DNA of 64,000 bases from Chamaesiphon sp. (GTDB lineage Bacteria > Cyanobacteriota > Cyanobacteriia > Cyanobacteriales > Chamaesiphonaceae): NCBI GenBank assembly GCA_965246715.1, contig CBDFFH010000054.1:1-64000 (forward strand), read 5' to 3'. The position numbers were made by a program, and so were the translations under genes. The notes under the pieces are model-generated. The model was not told the origin of the DNA, made no database searches, and saw only the letters and a list, made by a program, of their open reading frames with translations. This document shows positions 10,152-20,492 of this stretch, piece by piece (position 1 is the stretch's first letter; each line of letters starts with the position of its first letter).

Positions 10152-11123
10152 CTACGATCGAATTCGTCGCGTCGTTAGCCACTCGATCGTTTGTTCGCCC
10201 AATCGGACATCATTCAACCGATCTATCTCCCGAATCCCGGTGGGACTAGTGACATTTACCTCAGTTAGATAGCCCCCGATGACATCGATCCCGACGAAAT
10301 ACAACCCCGCAGATTGTAACTTGGGCGCGATTGAGTTACACATTTCATACTCCCGATCGGTAATATCGACTTTAGCACTGCGCCCACCTACTGCCATATT
10401 CCCCCGAAACTCCTTTCCTGTGGGAATCCGATTCACTGCACCCAAAGGTTTTCCATCGAGTAAAATAATCCGCTTATCCCCCTCCTTGGCGGCAGGGAGA
10501 AATTTCTGAATCATCACGGGTTCCCGGCCACGTCCCGTACTTACTTCAATCAGCGAATTGAAATTGCGATCGTCTGGTTCGAGCATAAAAATCCCCTCAC
10601 CACCTTTACCACCTAGCGGTTTGAGGACGGCTTTGCCATGAGTCTCCAGAAACTGCCGAATCACGACCTTGTCACGCGAGACGATCGTTTCTGTCATCCA
10701 TTCGGCAAATTGCAACGCAAACATCTTCTCATTCGCTGCCCGTAAGCCATAGGGACTATTTACCACCAATGTTTGATTCGGATCGATACAGTCAAGAATA
10801 TAGGTAGTGTAGAGATAAGCCACGTCCACAGGTGGGTCTGTCCGCATGAAGACAGCATCCATTTCTTCAAGTTGACTAAAAACCTCGTCGCCCAGCCGAT
10901 ACCATTCTTGCTGCGCCACCCAGCGCTCGCCTTGGAGTTCTACCGGAATGAGTTTGACCGATCGCAAGAAAGCCCATGCTTTACCGCCGACGACGCTCAA
11001 TTTCTCGGCTTGAGTAATCCAGACTTCATGCCCCAGGCGATCTGCTGCTTCCATCAGCGCCACGCTGGTATCGTGGGTAGGATCGAGTTTGGCGAGCGGA
11101 TCGATAATAAATGCTAGTTTCAT
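10152..11123 (-). CDS. gshB: Glutathione synthetase
   Basis: MKLAFIIDP, MRTDPP, ANEK, GDKRI, FRGNMAVGG, EVNVTSPTG. Confidence 0.96.
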   Translation of the reverse strand: MKLAFIIDPLAKLDPTHDTSVALMEAADRLGHEVWITQAEKLSVVGGKAWAFLRSVKLIPVELQGERWVAQQEWYRLGDEVFSQLEEMDAVFMRTDPPVDVAYLYTTYILDCIDPNQTLVVNSPYGLRAANEKMFALQFAEWMTETIVSRDKVVIRQFLETHGKAVLKPLGGKGGEGIFMLEPDDRNFNSLIEVSTGRGREPVMIQKFLPAAKEGDKRIILLDGKPLGAVNRIPTGKEFRGNMAVGGRSAKVDITDREYEMCNSIAPKLQSAGLYFVGIDVIGGYLTEVNVTSPTGIREIDRLNDVRLGEQTIEWLTTRRIRS

Positions 11124-11273
11124 GCGTTCAGGGGATAAAAATCTCTCTGCTGAAATTTTAACAAAACTAGGTAGGTGAATAATTTATCCACTCCGTTATT
11201 ACCGACAACCCAAGCTGTAACTGTTTATTGCATTAGTCGTATCCGTTAGTCCGGATAAAATTATATTTCCAAA

Positions 11274-11408
11274 TTACTCACTCCGAATTGGAAAGACAAG
11301 ACATTCAGCCAAAGTTATTGGTGAAATAACACCAATGATATCTCGATCTAATCTGGCGAAAATTGGCTCTACTCGATCGAAGAAATTGGAGTTGCGTTCT
11401 ATAAAGGA
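11274..11408 (-). pseudogene. Fragment resembling a PIN-domain (VapC-like) protein
   Basis: Hand translation FIERNSNFFDRVEPIFARLDRDIIGVISPITLAECLVFPIRSE*; no start codon. Confidence 0.5.
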
Positions 11409-11557
11409 TTTTAGATGTCTTTTCTGGTCCAGATTTTCTCCACTGGGTAATGGATAGTTGTCACTGGATTGTTGATGTCGTATTAAGACCCAATGGCAGC
11501 AAAGGTTTTGTCCTTTTACCTAAACGCTGGACTGTGGAAAGAACTTAATGGGAAGCG

Positions 11558-11597
11558 CCGCGAACGATCGAATGAGATTTCATTCGATCGTTCGCGG
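11558..11597. repeat. Perfect 18-bp inverted repeat
   Basis: CCGCGAACGATCGAATGA-GATT-TCATTCGATCGTTCGCGG. Confidence 0.9.
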
Positions 11598-11785
11598 ACA
11601 TTTTTCGCTCTAGGATTTGTTGCCGATACTCCCAGATAATTAGCAATCCAATTGGTGAGCGCGGGATGCCCAGTAGCCGATCGCTAAACTGATACCGACA
11701 CCCCATAATAACCATTGAGTCATATTCTTCACTCCAAATATGTGCAAACTATTTCTTCAATCTTGACGACTCGCTCGATAATTAC

Positions 11786-12163
11786 TTAATACTTTCTGAC
11801 TGCATTTCGCTCTATAATTTGTTCTCGGCGGTACAGGGAAAACGGTAGAGCGCAAGAAAGCCCGATCCCAAATGTTAGTCCGATATAGAGTAAAACCCCT
11901 AGACGAGAAGATCCTAATCGTTTGAGTTCGATCGAGACAAAAGTAAAAAAGACGCTCGCACTAATCAGCAGATCGCTTGCCCAAGCAGTTGCAATATTAT
12001 TCGCAAACGTGCGTTGGAAAAATAAGGTTGGAGACATTAGTGCGGAGGGATCTTGTAATATCCAAAACCAGGGTGCGATCGAACCCACGATCGCGAGTAA
12101 CAGATAAAGTGTTTTGAGAGAGTTAAATGGGTGGGTTGTCGAGATATTTGTTGATGTTGACAT
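11786..12163 (-). CDS. DUF2834-like membrane protein
   Basis: Three hydrophobic helices; FAN...SDLLIS and IGLSCALPFSLYRRE pattern. Confidence 0.75.
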   Translation of the reverse strand: MSTSTNISTTHPFNSLKTLYLLLAIVGSIAPWFWILQDPSALMSPTLFFQRTFANNIATAWASDLLISASVFFTFVSIELKRLGSSRLGVLLYIGLTFGIGLSCALPFSLYRREQIIERNAVRKY

Positions 12164-12267
12164 CCTTTACTTACCCTCAATTCGGTATGTCACAATCTTG
12201 GCAAAAAGGGATAATTAAAACAATTACCTGTGAGGTAATCGAAGTCATTATTTGTGTGAGTCTTGCT

Positions 12268-13110
12268 ATGCAGCAACATCTAATTGCCATTGACGATCGA
12301 TCGGATTCATTTGGAACGCTGCTCAAACAATGGCGAGATCGCCGCAATTTCAGCCAGCTCGATCTCGCTCTGAGCAGCGAAGTTTCCCAACGTCACATTA
12401 GTTTTCTCGAATCGGGACGCGCTAAACCCAGTCAGGAGATGGTGTTGCAATTGGCAACCGTTTTGGAAATTCCCCTTAGACAGCAGAATTTGTTATTGTC
12501 AGCCGCTGGATTTGCCCCGATTCACACCGAGACGGATTTATCGGCTCCAGAAATGGCTCCCGTGCGAAAAGCGATCGATCTAATGCTGTGTCAACACGAG
12601 CCATATCCAGCATTTGCGATCGATCGCTACTGGAATTTACTCCTAACTAATAACGGTGCAACGCGATTGCTCGGCGCGTTCATCGCTCCAGAAAAACTGC
12701 ACAGTCTCTTCTATACCGACAGCAAGATTAATCTCATGCGGGTGATATTTCATCCCCAAGGGCTGCGTCCGTTTATAGTTAACTGGGAGAGCATTGTCGG
12801 CCATTCATTGCAACGACTGCATCGAGAAATGTTAATCGAGCGGGAAAGAGATCTTTCCACTGTATTGATGAATGAACTGATGAGTTATCCAGATGTCCAT
12901 CGGATCTGGCAAATCGATCGGGATACCGCCCAACATACCTTGCTATTGAACACTCATTTTAAACGCGACGAGCTAGAGTTGAAATTCTTCTCCACGATCG
13001 CGACATTAGGCACCCCTTATGACATTACACTTCAGGAACTGCGACTCGAATGTCTATTTCCCGCAGATGAGGCAACAGAGCGCAATTGGCAACAGTTGTC
13101 TAGAGAATAA
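12268..13110 (+). CDS. XRE-family (MmyB-like) transcriptional regulator with ligand-binding domain
   Basis: HTH SQLDLALSSEVSQRHISFLESGRAKPS; HEPYPA; FFSTIATLGTPYDITLQELRLE; divergent from the DUF2834 gene. Confidence 0.88.
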   Translation: MQQHLIAIDDRSDSFGTLLKQWRDRRNFSQLDLALSSEVSQRHISFLESGRAKPSQEMVLQLATVLEIPLRQQNLLLSAAGFAPIHTETDLSAPEMAPVRKAIDLMLCQHEPYPAFAIDRYWNLLLTNNGATRLLGAFIAPEKLHSLFYTDSKINLMRVIFHPQGLRPFIVNWESIVGHSLQRLHREMLIERERDLSTVLMNELMSYPDVHRIWQIDRDTAQHTLLLNTHFKRDELELKFFSTIATLGTPYDITLQELRLECLFPADEATERNWQQLSRE

Positions 13111-13234
13111 AGCCTCTGCTAGTGATGCGTAATGTCCGCCTGTCTCGGCGTGCTAGACCTCCAGGCGGAAAGTGCTACTACTCACATCCTGTATTAGTAT
13201 ATAAGAACTGACACAACAGCCCAAAAACTTACTC

Positions 13235-13453
13235 CTAAGGAATAAGAATTAAATAACTTACAATTCCTCGTTTGGTGGGGGCAATGTCTTGTCTCGCTTT
13301 TTACGTCGGGGAACAAAGGCGTGCGCGAGCCACTGTCTTGTCGGTTTTTTTATTCGGAGGGAACCTCCGAATAAAACCGCCGCTTCATGAATTGCCCCTA
13401 CCAAAGATTGGGGTAAGCGTAGATCTGCATCTTATTAAATCCTCATTCCTAAG
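13235..13453. mobile_element. MITE-like shell carrying a REP-like palindrome interrupted by two ~50-nt modules
   Basis: Imperfect terminal IRs CTAAGGAATAAGAATTAAATAA / TTATTAAATCCTCATTCCTAAG; GGGGCAA[13285-13333][13334-13383]TTCATGAATTGCCCC; related copy at 20247-20492. Confidence 0.75.
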
Positions 13454-13543
13454 TACTAAAACTATTCACTATTCACTAAAACACTAATAACTTTGTTTTG
13501 ATGCAAGATGTGAGACTAGTCTAATAATGGTGGTCGATCGAGT

Positions 13544-14584
13544 CTATTTTAACGATGCCATATCGATGACAAAACGGTATTTCACGTCGCTTTTCACCAA
13601 TCGATCGTAAGCTTCATTAATTTTCTGAATGGGGATAAGTTCGATGTCAGCGGTGATGTTGTGCTGACCGCAGAAATCCAACATCTCCTGAGTTTCCTTG
13701 ATACCGCCAATCAGGGAGCCGCTGAGACTGCGCCGCCCAAAAATCAGGGTACCCACATTCAGGGACAGCGGTTCAGATGGTACACCCACTTGAGTGAGAT
13801 TACCGTCGCGTTTTAATAAGAGGATATAGGCGTTGATATCATGTTGGGCAGATACGGTGTCGAGAATGAAATCAAAACTCTTAAGCTGCTTTTGCATCTC
13901 GTCCGCGTTCTTAGAATTGACGACTTCATCCGCGCCCAACCGCATCGCATCTTCAACTTTGTTGGATGAGGTAGTGAAGACCACTACATGTGCGCCCAAA
14001 GCCTTGGCTATTTTCACGCCCATGTGCCCCAGCCCACCGAGTCCGACTATACCCACCTTCTGACCTTTGGTGACATTGTGATAACGCATTGGGGAGTAAG
14101 TGGTAATCCCCGCACACAGCAACGGTGCAGTAGCAGCAAGATCCAAATTTGGCGGAACTTTCAATACAAAGGCTTCATCCACGACGATCCGATCGGAGTA
14201 GCCACCATAGGTGATGCCGTTAGTATGTTTATCAGGAGAGTTGTAAGTAAAGACGGTATTGTCACAGAACTGCTCGAGATCCTCTTCACAGTTGGCACAA
14301 GTGCGGCAAGAGTCTACCATGCAGCCGACTCCAACGGTGTCACCTACTCTAAATTTCTGGACGTTTGCGCCAACGGCGATTGCCCGTCCGATAATTTCAT
14401 GACCGGGTACGCAGGGATAACTGGTACCGCTCCACTCGCCACGGACGGTATGCAAGTCTGAGTGACAAACCCCGCAATAGAGGATTTCGATCGAGACATC
14501 ATTTTGGCCGAGATCGCGGCGTTGAAGGTCGAATGGTGCCAGTGGTGTCGTAGCAGTTTGAGCTGCGTAGGCATGAGTTTTCAT
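13544..14584 (-). CDS. Zn-dependent NADP(H) alcohol/aldehyde dehydrogenase (CAD/YahK-like)
   Basis: CGVCHSD, GHE, CRTCANC, APLLCAGIT, GLGGLGH, DVKYRFVID. Confidence 0.93.
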   Translation of the reverse strand: MKTHAYAAQTATTPLAPFDLQRRDLGQNDVSIEILYCGVCHSDLHTVRGEWSGTSYPCVPGHEIIGRAIAVGANVQKFRVGDTVGVGCMVDSCRTCANCEEDLEQFCDNTVFTYNSPDKHTNGITYGGYSDRIVVDEAFVLKVPPNLDLAATAPLLCAGITTYSPMRYHNVTKGQKVGIVGLGGLGHMGVKIAKALGAHVVVFTTSSNKVEDAMRLGADEVVNSKNADEMQKQLKSFDFILDTVSAQHDINAYILLLKRDGNLTQVGVPSEPLSLNVGTLIFGRRSLSGSLIGGIKETQEMLDFCGQHNITADIELIPIQKINEAYDRLVKSDVKYRFVIDMASLK

Positions 14585-14685
14585 CGATTGTTCTCCTGAT
14601 TATCTGGATGATTAACACGCAGTTAGGTGCGTCGATCGAAGCCGCAATTTATACTAGAATTAGGTGTCTGTACCAAAAAGCTCTT

Positions 14686-14895
14686 CTAGGTACTAGTAAG
14701 CAGACTGAGCTGTTCTAAAAGTTGCTGAGCGGCTGGCGCAGAAGATGCGGGGTTTTGCCCAGTGATTAGCAGACCATCTTTGAGCACGTAGGGCTGCCAG
14801 TCGGCTACATTGGAATAAAGCCCACCGTTTTGTTTTAGCATATCTTCAACCAGAAACGGGACGATCTCAGTTAATCCGGCTGCTTGCTCCAATTT
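14686..14895 (-). pseudogene. C-terminal remnant of a DJ-1/PfpI (type 1 glutamine amidotransferase-like) protein
   Basis: VPFLVED...DWQPYVLKDGLLITGQNPASS; the N-terminal portion is missing. Confidence 0.75.
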
Positions 14896-14939
14896 CAAAA
14901 TTACCGCCAGCGATCGAGGTAATGGCGAACAACAGTGTG

Positions 14940-15440
14940 TTAACTAGCTCGATCTGCTGTCGGTGTCGTGCCTGTTAGTTGCCGAAACTGTTGACTAAAA
15001 TGGCTGTGACTGCTAAATCCACATGCCAAAGCAATGTCTAGAATCGTTGGGGTGGGCACTCTTCGATCGGGTTGTTTCAATAATCGCTTCGCGCGTTCGA
15101 TCCGTTGTTGGAGTAGATACTGATAAGGAGCGATTGTTTGAACTAATGAATCAATATCAAAGTCTGCCGCCGAGATTATCTTGTTGCAATTCGGCTAGAA
15201 GCATCAGCCCAATCGCTTCGATCTGACGATCGCGAATCCGAAATTCAGGAATTAATTCCAAACGATCGGGATGACGATCGAATGCTTCTGTCGCAACTTG
15301 TTGGATAAATCGATCTGCAATCCGAATTTGCATGAAGCGATCTTCACGATCCTACCGGGCAAAAAACATCGCCGCAGCAGGCGCGATCGCAATGTCACCC
15401 TTTCCATACAGCCCTGTATAAGTTTTACCTTTAGCGAGGC
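14940..15440 (-). pseudogene. AraC-family regulator remnant with nonsense codons and an internal deletion
   Basis: Hand translation: GLYGKGDIAIAPA...FAR*DRED...ELIPEFRIRDRQIEAIG...LGGRL*, then PYQYLLQQRIERAKRLL...IALACGFSSHSHFSQQFRQLTGTTP. Confidence 0.8.
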
Positions 15441-15519
15441 AAGAGACTTTTACCTAATCTGAAGGGAAATGAATCAATTACGAGAAACATGGTGCTAATT
15501 TTAGTCTTTTGGAGGCTTT

Positions 15520-15999
15520 ATGACGGTCAATAATTATCTATTTTTTACATTAAAACTTTTTGCTGCATTGGGCTGTGGGCTGATAGCTGGAGTTTTCTTT
15601 GCCTTTTCAACTTTTGTGATGAAAGCACTTGCCCAGCAACCACCAGCACAGGGCATTGCCACCATGCAATCGATTAATATTACGGTGATTAATCCGTTGT
15701 TTATGGGCGTATTCCTGGGAACTACGGTGGTTTGTGTTTTATCGATCGTCTACTCACTATCACATTGGCAACAACCCGATGCTATTTACCTGCTGGTTGG
15801 CAGCTTACTCTATCTCATCGGCACATTCGGCGTGACAATCGCATTCAATGTACCGTTAAATGACTCGCTGGCAAAGGTTGCTCCACATAGCTCTGATGGT
15901 ATGAAACTTTGGGCTACATACCAAGTCAGTTGGACATTCTGGAATCACGTTCGGACGGCAGCAGCAATTGCCGCAGCCGCGATATTTATTTCGAGATAG
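15520..15999 (+). CDS. DUF1772 / anthrone oxygenase-like membrane protein
   Basis: AGVFFAFSTFVM, MQSIN, NVPLN, WTFWNHVRT. Confidence 0.88.
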   Translation: MTVNNYLFFTLKLFAALGCGLIAGVFFAFSTFVMKALAQQPPAQGIATMQSINITVINPLFMGVFLGTTVVCVLSIVYSLSHWQQPDAIYLLVGSLLYLIGTFGVTIAFNVPLNDSLAKVAPHSSDGMKLWATYQVSWTFWNHVRTAAAIAAAAIFISR

Positions 16000-16154
16000 C
16001 TGATTTCCCGAACATTAGTCTCATCCTTTTTGGAGATGAGCGTCCGATCGTCTGAGTTGTTAGCTTGGCTAACAATGTTAATTAGTATCGCGATCGGGCT
16101 TAATGGCGGCAGCGTTATCGGATGTCTAGCAATACTGCACTCGATCGCATTATG

Positions 16155-17048
16155 CTATTTTTCCTGAAGCAGTGGTAAAAATTTCTGAATTAAACCGATC
16201 GAGATCGCCGGAAGTTCTAGGTGGGGTGTTAGTCTGGTGTCATCGAGGTATTCAAAGGCGCGAATTGCAGTGGGATTAATTTGGGCAAAGCGTCGCCCTA
16301 GCTCTGGACTGGTATACTCGGTTTTCTGCCCATAAATCAGCGCGGTTGGGGTAGTCAGCTGAGGAATATACTGCGCTAAATCGAAACTCAAATCGCCCCG
16401 GACAAATGCCAGTGCTGCGTATTCCGCGTTAGGTTGCTGTGCCGATTGGAGGTAAGCTTCGACAATTTCGGGATACACGCGATCGCTGCTGGCAAACTGC
16501 CGTTGCTCCAGAAAACTACGAATGCCAATGCTAGTGGCAATCCCAGTGCTGTAAAAGACGCGATCTAAAATCGGCGTTCTTACCACCTGAGCAAAGAAGT
16601 CTTGCGAATAGTTGCGTCCGAAATCATTTAATCCGGCAGCAGTTACTAAAATTAATGACTCGAACAGATCGGGACGTGCCACCGCCGCCCGAATCGTAAA
16701 TGCCGCAGTTAAGCCAGATGCGACGATCGTGACGGGACGATCGCTAGTTTGCTTGACAAATTCCTCGATCGTTTGCACATAGTCTTCAACTCGGTAATCG
16801 CGTGCGGGATGCGCGGAACGTCCCCAGCCAATGAGATCGGGAGCCAGGATACGATATTCAGAAGCAAACGCGGGGTAAACTTTCGACCACTCATAAGCAG
16901 AGGATCCGCCACCTAAAGCGTGGAGAAATATTAGCGTCTTTGCTTCTTCACCGAGCCGCTCCCAAGGGTTGCTTTCGGCTGTGTAGTAAACGACTCGACC
17001 TAGAGATGTATTCAGCGATCGCGAACCGAAACCGTGCGGTATGAACAT
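16155..17048 (-). CDS. Alpha/beta hydrolase fold protein
   Basis: FLHALGGGSSAYEW, APDLIGWGRS, PHLE. Confidence 0.85.
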   Translation of the reverse strand: MFIPHGFGSRSLNTSLGRVVYYTAESNPWERLGEEAKTLIFLHALGGGSSAYEWSKVYPAFASEYRILAPDLIGWGRSAHPARDYRVEDYVQTIEEFVKQTSDRPVTIVASGLTAAFTIRAAVARPDLFESLILVTAAGLNDFGRNYSQDFFAQVVRTPILDRVFYSTGIATSIGIRSFLEQRQFASSDRVYPEIVEAYLQSAQQPNAEYAALAFVRGDLSFDLAQYIPQLTTPTALIYGQKTEYTSPELGRRFAQINPTAIRAFEYLDDTRLTPHLELPAISIGLIQKFLPLLQEK

Positions 17049-17357
17049 GTGTTTAACCTCTACTTGTAAGTACTTTCAAGCGATGCGTTAGTCCGAAACC
17101 TTTGCCTCGCGATCTTCCCAGCGAGCGATGTCCCAGTTGTTCGAGAGTGGGTAGATCCTTGCTCGATCGCACAACCTACTTTTGAGCTTAGGTGAATGTC
17201 CTGCAAATATTGCTCTTCCAGGAGAGGGATATTTTCAGCGCACCAAGTTCTTTAACTTTGCAAGCATTATCTATCCAGTTACCACCTGAATCCTCTAGCC
17301 ACCAATCCCATTGCCAAGTAGAATATCGATCGAGCACCATATCGCAAGGCAACTACC

Positions 17358-18446
17358 ATGAGTCAAACCCACCGGATCGTCCTATTACCTGGAGATGGTA
17401 TCGGCCCTGAAATCATGGCAGTAGCGGTAGAAGTGCTAGAAGTTGTCGCCAAACAAGAACAGCTCAACTTAGAATTTCAGACTCAATTAATCGGCGGTGC
17501 CGCGATCGAAGCAACAGGCGAACCATTACCCGCAGCTACTTTAGACGCTTGCAAACAAAGCGATGGCGTGCTGCTGGCCGCGATCGGTGGTTATCAATGG
17601 GACAACTTGCCCCGACACTTGCGCCCCGAGACAGGCTTGTTGGGATTGAGAGCGGGTTTGGGTTTATTTGCGAATTTACGACCTGCAGCAGTTTTACCTC
17701 AGCTTGTCGATGCTTCTACCCTCAAGCGGGAAGTAATTGAAGGGGTGGATATGATGGTGGTGAGGGAATTGACGGGCGGCGTATATTTTGGCGAACCTAA
17801 AGGAATTTTCACCACCGAGACGGGCGAAAAACGGGGTGTGAATACGATGGCATATACCGAAAGCGAGATCGATCGCATTGCCAAAGTTGGTTTTGAAACC
17901 GCCCGCAAACGCACCAAAAAGCTCTGCTCGGTAGATAAAGCCAATGTGCTGGAAGTCTCACAATTATGGCGCGATCGAGTTACCGCCATGTCTACAGACT
18001 ATCCCGATATCGAACTCACCCATATGTATGTCGATAATGCGGCGATGCAGTTAGTGCGCGCACCCAAGCAATTTGACACGATCGTCACTAGCAACTTATT
18101 TGGGGATATTCTCTCCGATGCTGCTGCGATGCTCACAGGTAGTATCGGCATGTTACCATCGGCGAGTTTGGGTGCTACTGGCTTGGGCGTATTCGAGCCA
18201 GTTCATGGCTCTGCTCCCGATATTGCCGGACAAGATAAAGCCAATCCATTGGCTCAGGTGCTGAGTGCGGCGATGTTATTGCGCTATGGATTAAACCAGC
18301 CAACTGCTGCCGATCGAATCGAACGCTCGGTCTTGAAAATTTTGGATCTGGGTTACAGAACTGGTGATATTATGTCAGCAGGTATGACAGCTGTTGGCTG
18401 TCGTGCGATGGGTCGAGTCATCATCGAAGCTCTAGCACAACTGTAA
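17358..18446 (+). CDS. leuB: 3-isopropylmalate dehydrogenase
   Basis: [44 protein letters not shown]. Confidence 0.97.
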   Translation: MSQTHRIVLLPGDGIGPEIMAVAVEVLEVVAKQEQLNLEFQTQLIGGAAIEATGEPLPAATLDACKQSDGVLLAAIGGYQWDNLPRHLRPETGLLGLRAGLGLFANLRPAAVLPQLVDASTLKREVIEGVDMMVVRELTGGVYFGEPKGIFTTETGEKRGVNTMAYTESEIDRIAKVGFETARKRTKKLCSVDKANVLEVSQLWRDRVTAMSTDYPDIELTHMYVDNAAMQLVRAPKQFDTIVTSNLFGDILSDAAAMLTGSIGMLPSASLGATGLGVFEPVHGSAPDIAGQDKANPLAQVLSAAMLLRYGLNQPTAADRIERSVLKILDLGYRTGDIMSAGMTAVGCRAMGRVIIEALAQL

Positions 18447-18628
18447 TATGCTTGGCGGTAGTTGCCGATCGCTAAATAGTGTTAGTTCGATCGAATCTGG
18501 CGATGCTCGACCCGAACGAACTTATCTCGTTATATTTAGGCAAGGCAACCCGATTTCTATAAAAATCTTTAACAATAATTTTGGGAATAAGTACCGTGTT
18601 TACGATCGAGCAGCCCAAAGCTAAAGCT

Positions 18629-18868
18629 ATGCCAATGCCCCAGCAAGATTCCTACGGAATATTCGATCCAGCTCTCCTTAGAGCGGCAGAAGATATTTAT
18701 AGTTTCTATTGTCAGATTAACCCCGATCGCGAACGTCGCAGACAACCGATCGGGGTAGCGATGAACAAGCGCTCTCATCGCGGCAAATTAATTTTTAGCA
18801 GTTATCCGATTCTGCTCCCGGAAGAGTGTTTTATCTCGATCCAACAATTGGATACCGAGTTTAATTAG
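18629..18868 (+). CDS. Small hypothetical protein
   Basis: Open frame with GVA...RGKLIF...PILLPEECF pattern seen in cyanobacterial small proteins (recalled, not searched). Confidence 0.6.
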   Translation: MPMPQQDSYGIFDPALLRAAEDIYSFYCQINPDRERRRQPIGVAMNKRSHRGKLIFSSYPILLPEECFISIQQLDTEFN

Positions 18869-18884
18869 TGTTAATCCTGATAAA

Positions 18885-19063
18885 TAACCCAAGTTGCTAC
18901 CTACCTCAAAGCGGTTAAAACCGCTCCTCGTAATGCAAAGTCCGCCTACGCGGACTTTGCAACATTAGCCACGATTTGCGGCTCGCGCGCGCCTTTGTTC
19001 CCCGACGTAAAAAGCGAGACAAGACACAATCGTAGGCATTTCCATCGGTAGCAACTTGGGTTA
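18885..19063. mobile_element. MITE-like element, TAACCCAAGTTGCTAC family (copy 1), carrying a 49-nt module at 18978-19026
   Basis: 16-bp terminal IR TAACCCAAGTTGCTAC / GTAGCAACTTGGGTTA; internal GCAAAGTCCGC..GCGGACTTTGC hairpin. Confidence 0.85.
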
Positions 19064-19153
19064 AATAGCTATCTAGACAATAGTGACTGGTGAATGGGGA
19101 ATTATAGATTTAAGTTCTCTAAGTCCATCGCCGCAGGTAGATAATTTTAGCAA

Positions 19154-20083
19154 GTGAATATTTACGACGCAATCGTTCAATCGCTCGTATTTTGTGTGGG
19201 TGCCGCGATCGGTAGCTTCCTGAATGTAGTAGTTTATCGCGTTCCGGCAGGTCTATCGGTAATTTGGCCGCCATCGCGCTGTCCCAAATGTTTGCATCAA
19301 TTAGGTGCGGGTGAAAATATCCCGATTTTGGGCTGGCTCATGCTACGCGGGAAATGCCGTCACTGCAAAACGCCGATTGCCGCGCGTTATCCATTAGTCG
19401 AAGCGGCGACGGCGATAATTTTTGTGATTGTTTATAATCGCTTCGGTTTTTCGATCCAGACAGTAGGTTATTCGTTACTAATGTGTTGGTTATTTGCCCT
19501 CACGCTAATCGATATCGATACGATGACATTGCCCAATCCCCTCACCCAATCGGGATTGATATTAGGTCTAATTTTTCAAGCTATTGCTGGATCGATCGAC
19601 AATCATACACTGCTGGGCAGTAAGGAATACCTGATTCAAGGCGTATTCGGTATGTTGGTAGGGATCTGGCTCTATGATGCGATCCAACTCGTCGGTAGCA
19701 TGATGGTGGGGCAATCGGCACAAGGCGGCGGCGATGCCAAGTTGATGGCGATGATTGGTGCCTGGTTTAACTGGAAATTCGTCTTGCTCTCAGGCATTGC
19801 CGCATCTACCTTTGCGTTACTTGGCTTCCTCGCGGTTGCTGCTGGTTCGATTGTCAAGGGTGGGGGTATTAAAGGTGGGTCGAACAAACTCCTGCAACGT
19901 CAACCATTGGGGCCATTTATCGCCCTTGGTGCCACTGTCATGCTATTTGGTGAAGATTTGTTCGTCAATACTTATCAACAATTTATGCATTCGTCTTACC
20001 GCGACCCTTGTTCGATCGCTTTACTAATTATTCTCGTCGCACTCTTATTCTGGACGCGGAGAATGCGCCTTCGCAGTTCGTAA
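19154..20083 (+). CDS. pilD: Type IV prepilin peptidase
   Basis: GSFLNVVVYRVP, CPKC...CRHC, RYPLVE, GGGDAKL, PLGPFI. Confidence 0.92.
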   Translation: MNIYDAIVQSLVFCVGAAIGSFLNVVVYRVPAGLSVIWPPSRCPKCLHQLGAGENIPILGWLMLRGKCRHCKTPIAARYPLVEAATAIIFVIVYNRFGFSIQTVGYSLLMCWLFALTLIDIDTMTLPNPLTQSGLILGLIFQAIAGSIDNHTLLGSKEYLIQGVFGMLVGIWLYDAIQLVGSMMVGQSAQGGGDAKLMAMIGAWFNWKFVLLSGIAASTFALLGFLAVAAGSIVKGGGIKGGSNKLLQRQPLGPFIALGATVMLFGEDLFVNTYQQFMHSSYRDPCSIALLIILVALLFWTRRMRLRSS

Positions 20084-20246
20084 CTAAAAGAGAGCGTTGC
20101 TTCTTAAGTGCGGTATGAAATGCCGCCAAATGTAGGGAGATACTGTCTTGAGCGTCAAGAGGGAAGAGCAAGAAAATTCGGGTCAAAAGGTTGTTGAGAT
20201 TTCAGCACCGTTAGATTTTACTCTTTGACCTTCCTTTAGGATACAA

Positions 20247-20492
20247 GGGGCAATGTCTTGTCTCGCTGCTTGGTGCGCTTCCATGGACATCGTCTCGGGT
20301 CACCCGAGACGTGGAAACCCGTCCGGAGCGCATCCGCTTTTTACGTCGGGGAACAAAGGCGTGCGCGAGCCGCTGTCTTGTCGGTTTTTTTATGCGGAGG
20401 GCACCTCGAATAAAAAAACCGCTTCATGAATTGCCCCTATCCAGGATCGGAACGAGGGCAGATTTGCATATTATTAAATCCTCATTCCTAAG
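20247..20492. mobile_element. Second copy of the 13.2-kb composite repeat, with an extra 71-nt nested insert (20268-20338)
   Basis: Colinear with 13278-13453 apart from the insert; same right end TTATTAAATCCTCATTCCTAAG. Confidence 0.8.

Noticed and set aside
12127..12267. Long N-terminal extensions in the ORF track (also 28533, 30224, 53817, 37259)
   Set aside because: They overlap neighbouring genes or repeats; downstream ATGs match the family starts.
13136..13168. CCGCCTG...CAGGCGG hairpin as an IS200/605 end
   Set aside because: Single weak stem with no partner end or tnp gene; may just be a terminator.
13285..13383. TGTCTTGTC direct repeats as a mini-CRISPR
   Set aside because: Only 9-nt repeats, the spacers are hairpins that recur elsewhere, and there are no cas genes.
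13272..13487. 71-aa ORF, with a similar 63-aa ORF at 20311..20502
   Set aside because: Both are translations of the composite DNA repeat; the similarity reflects the repeat, not a protein family.
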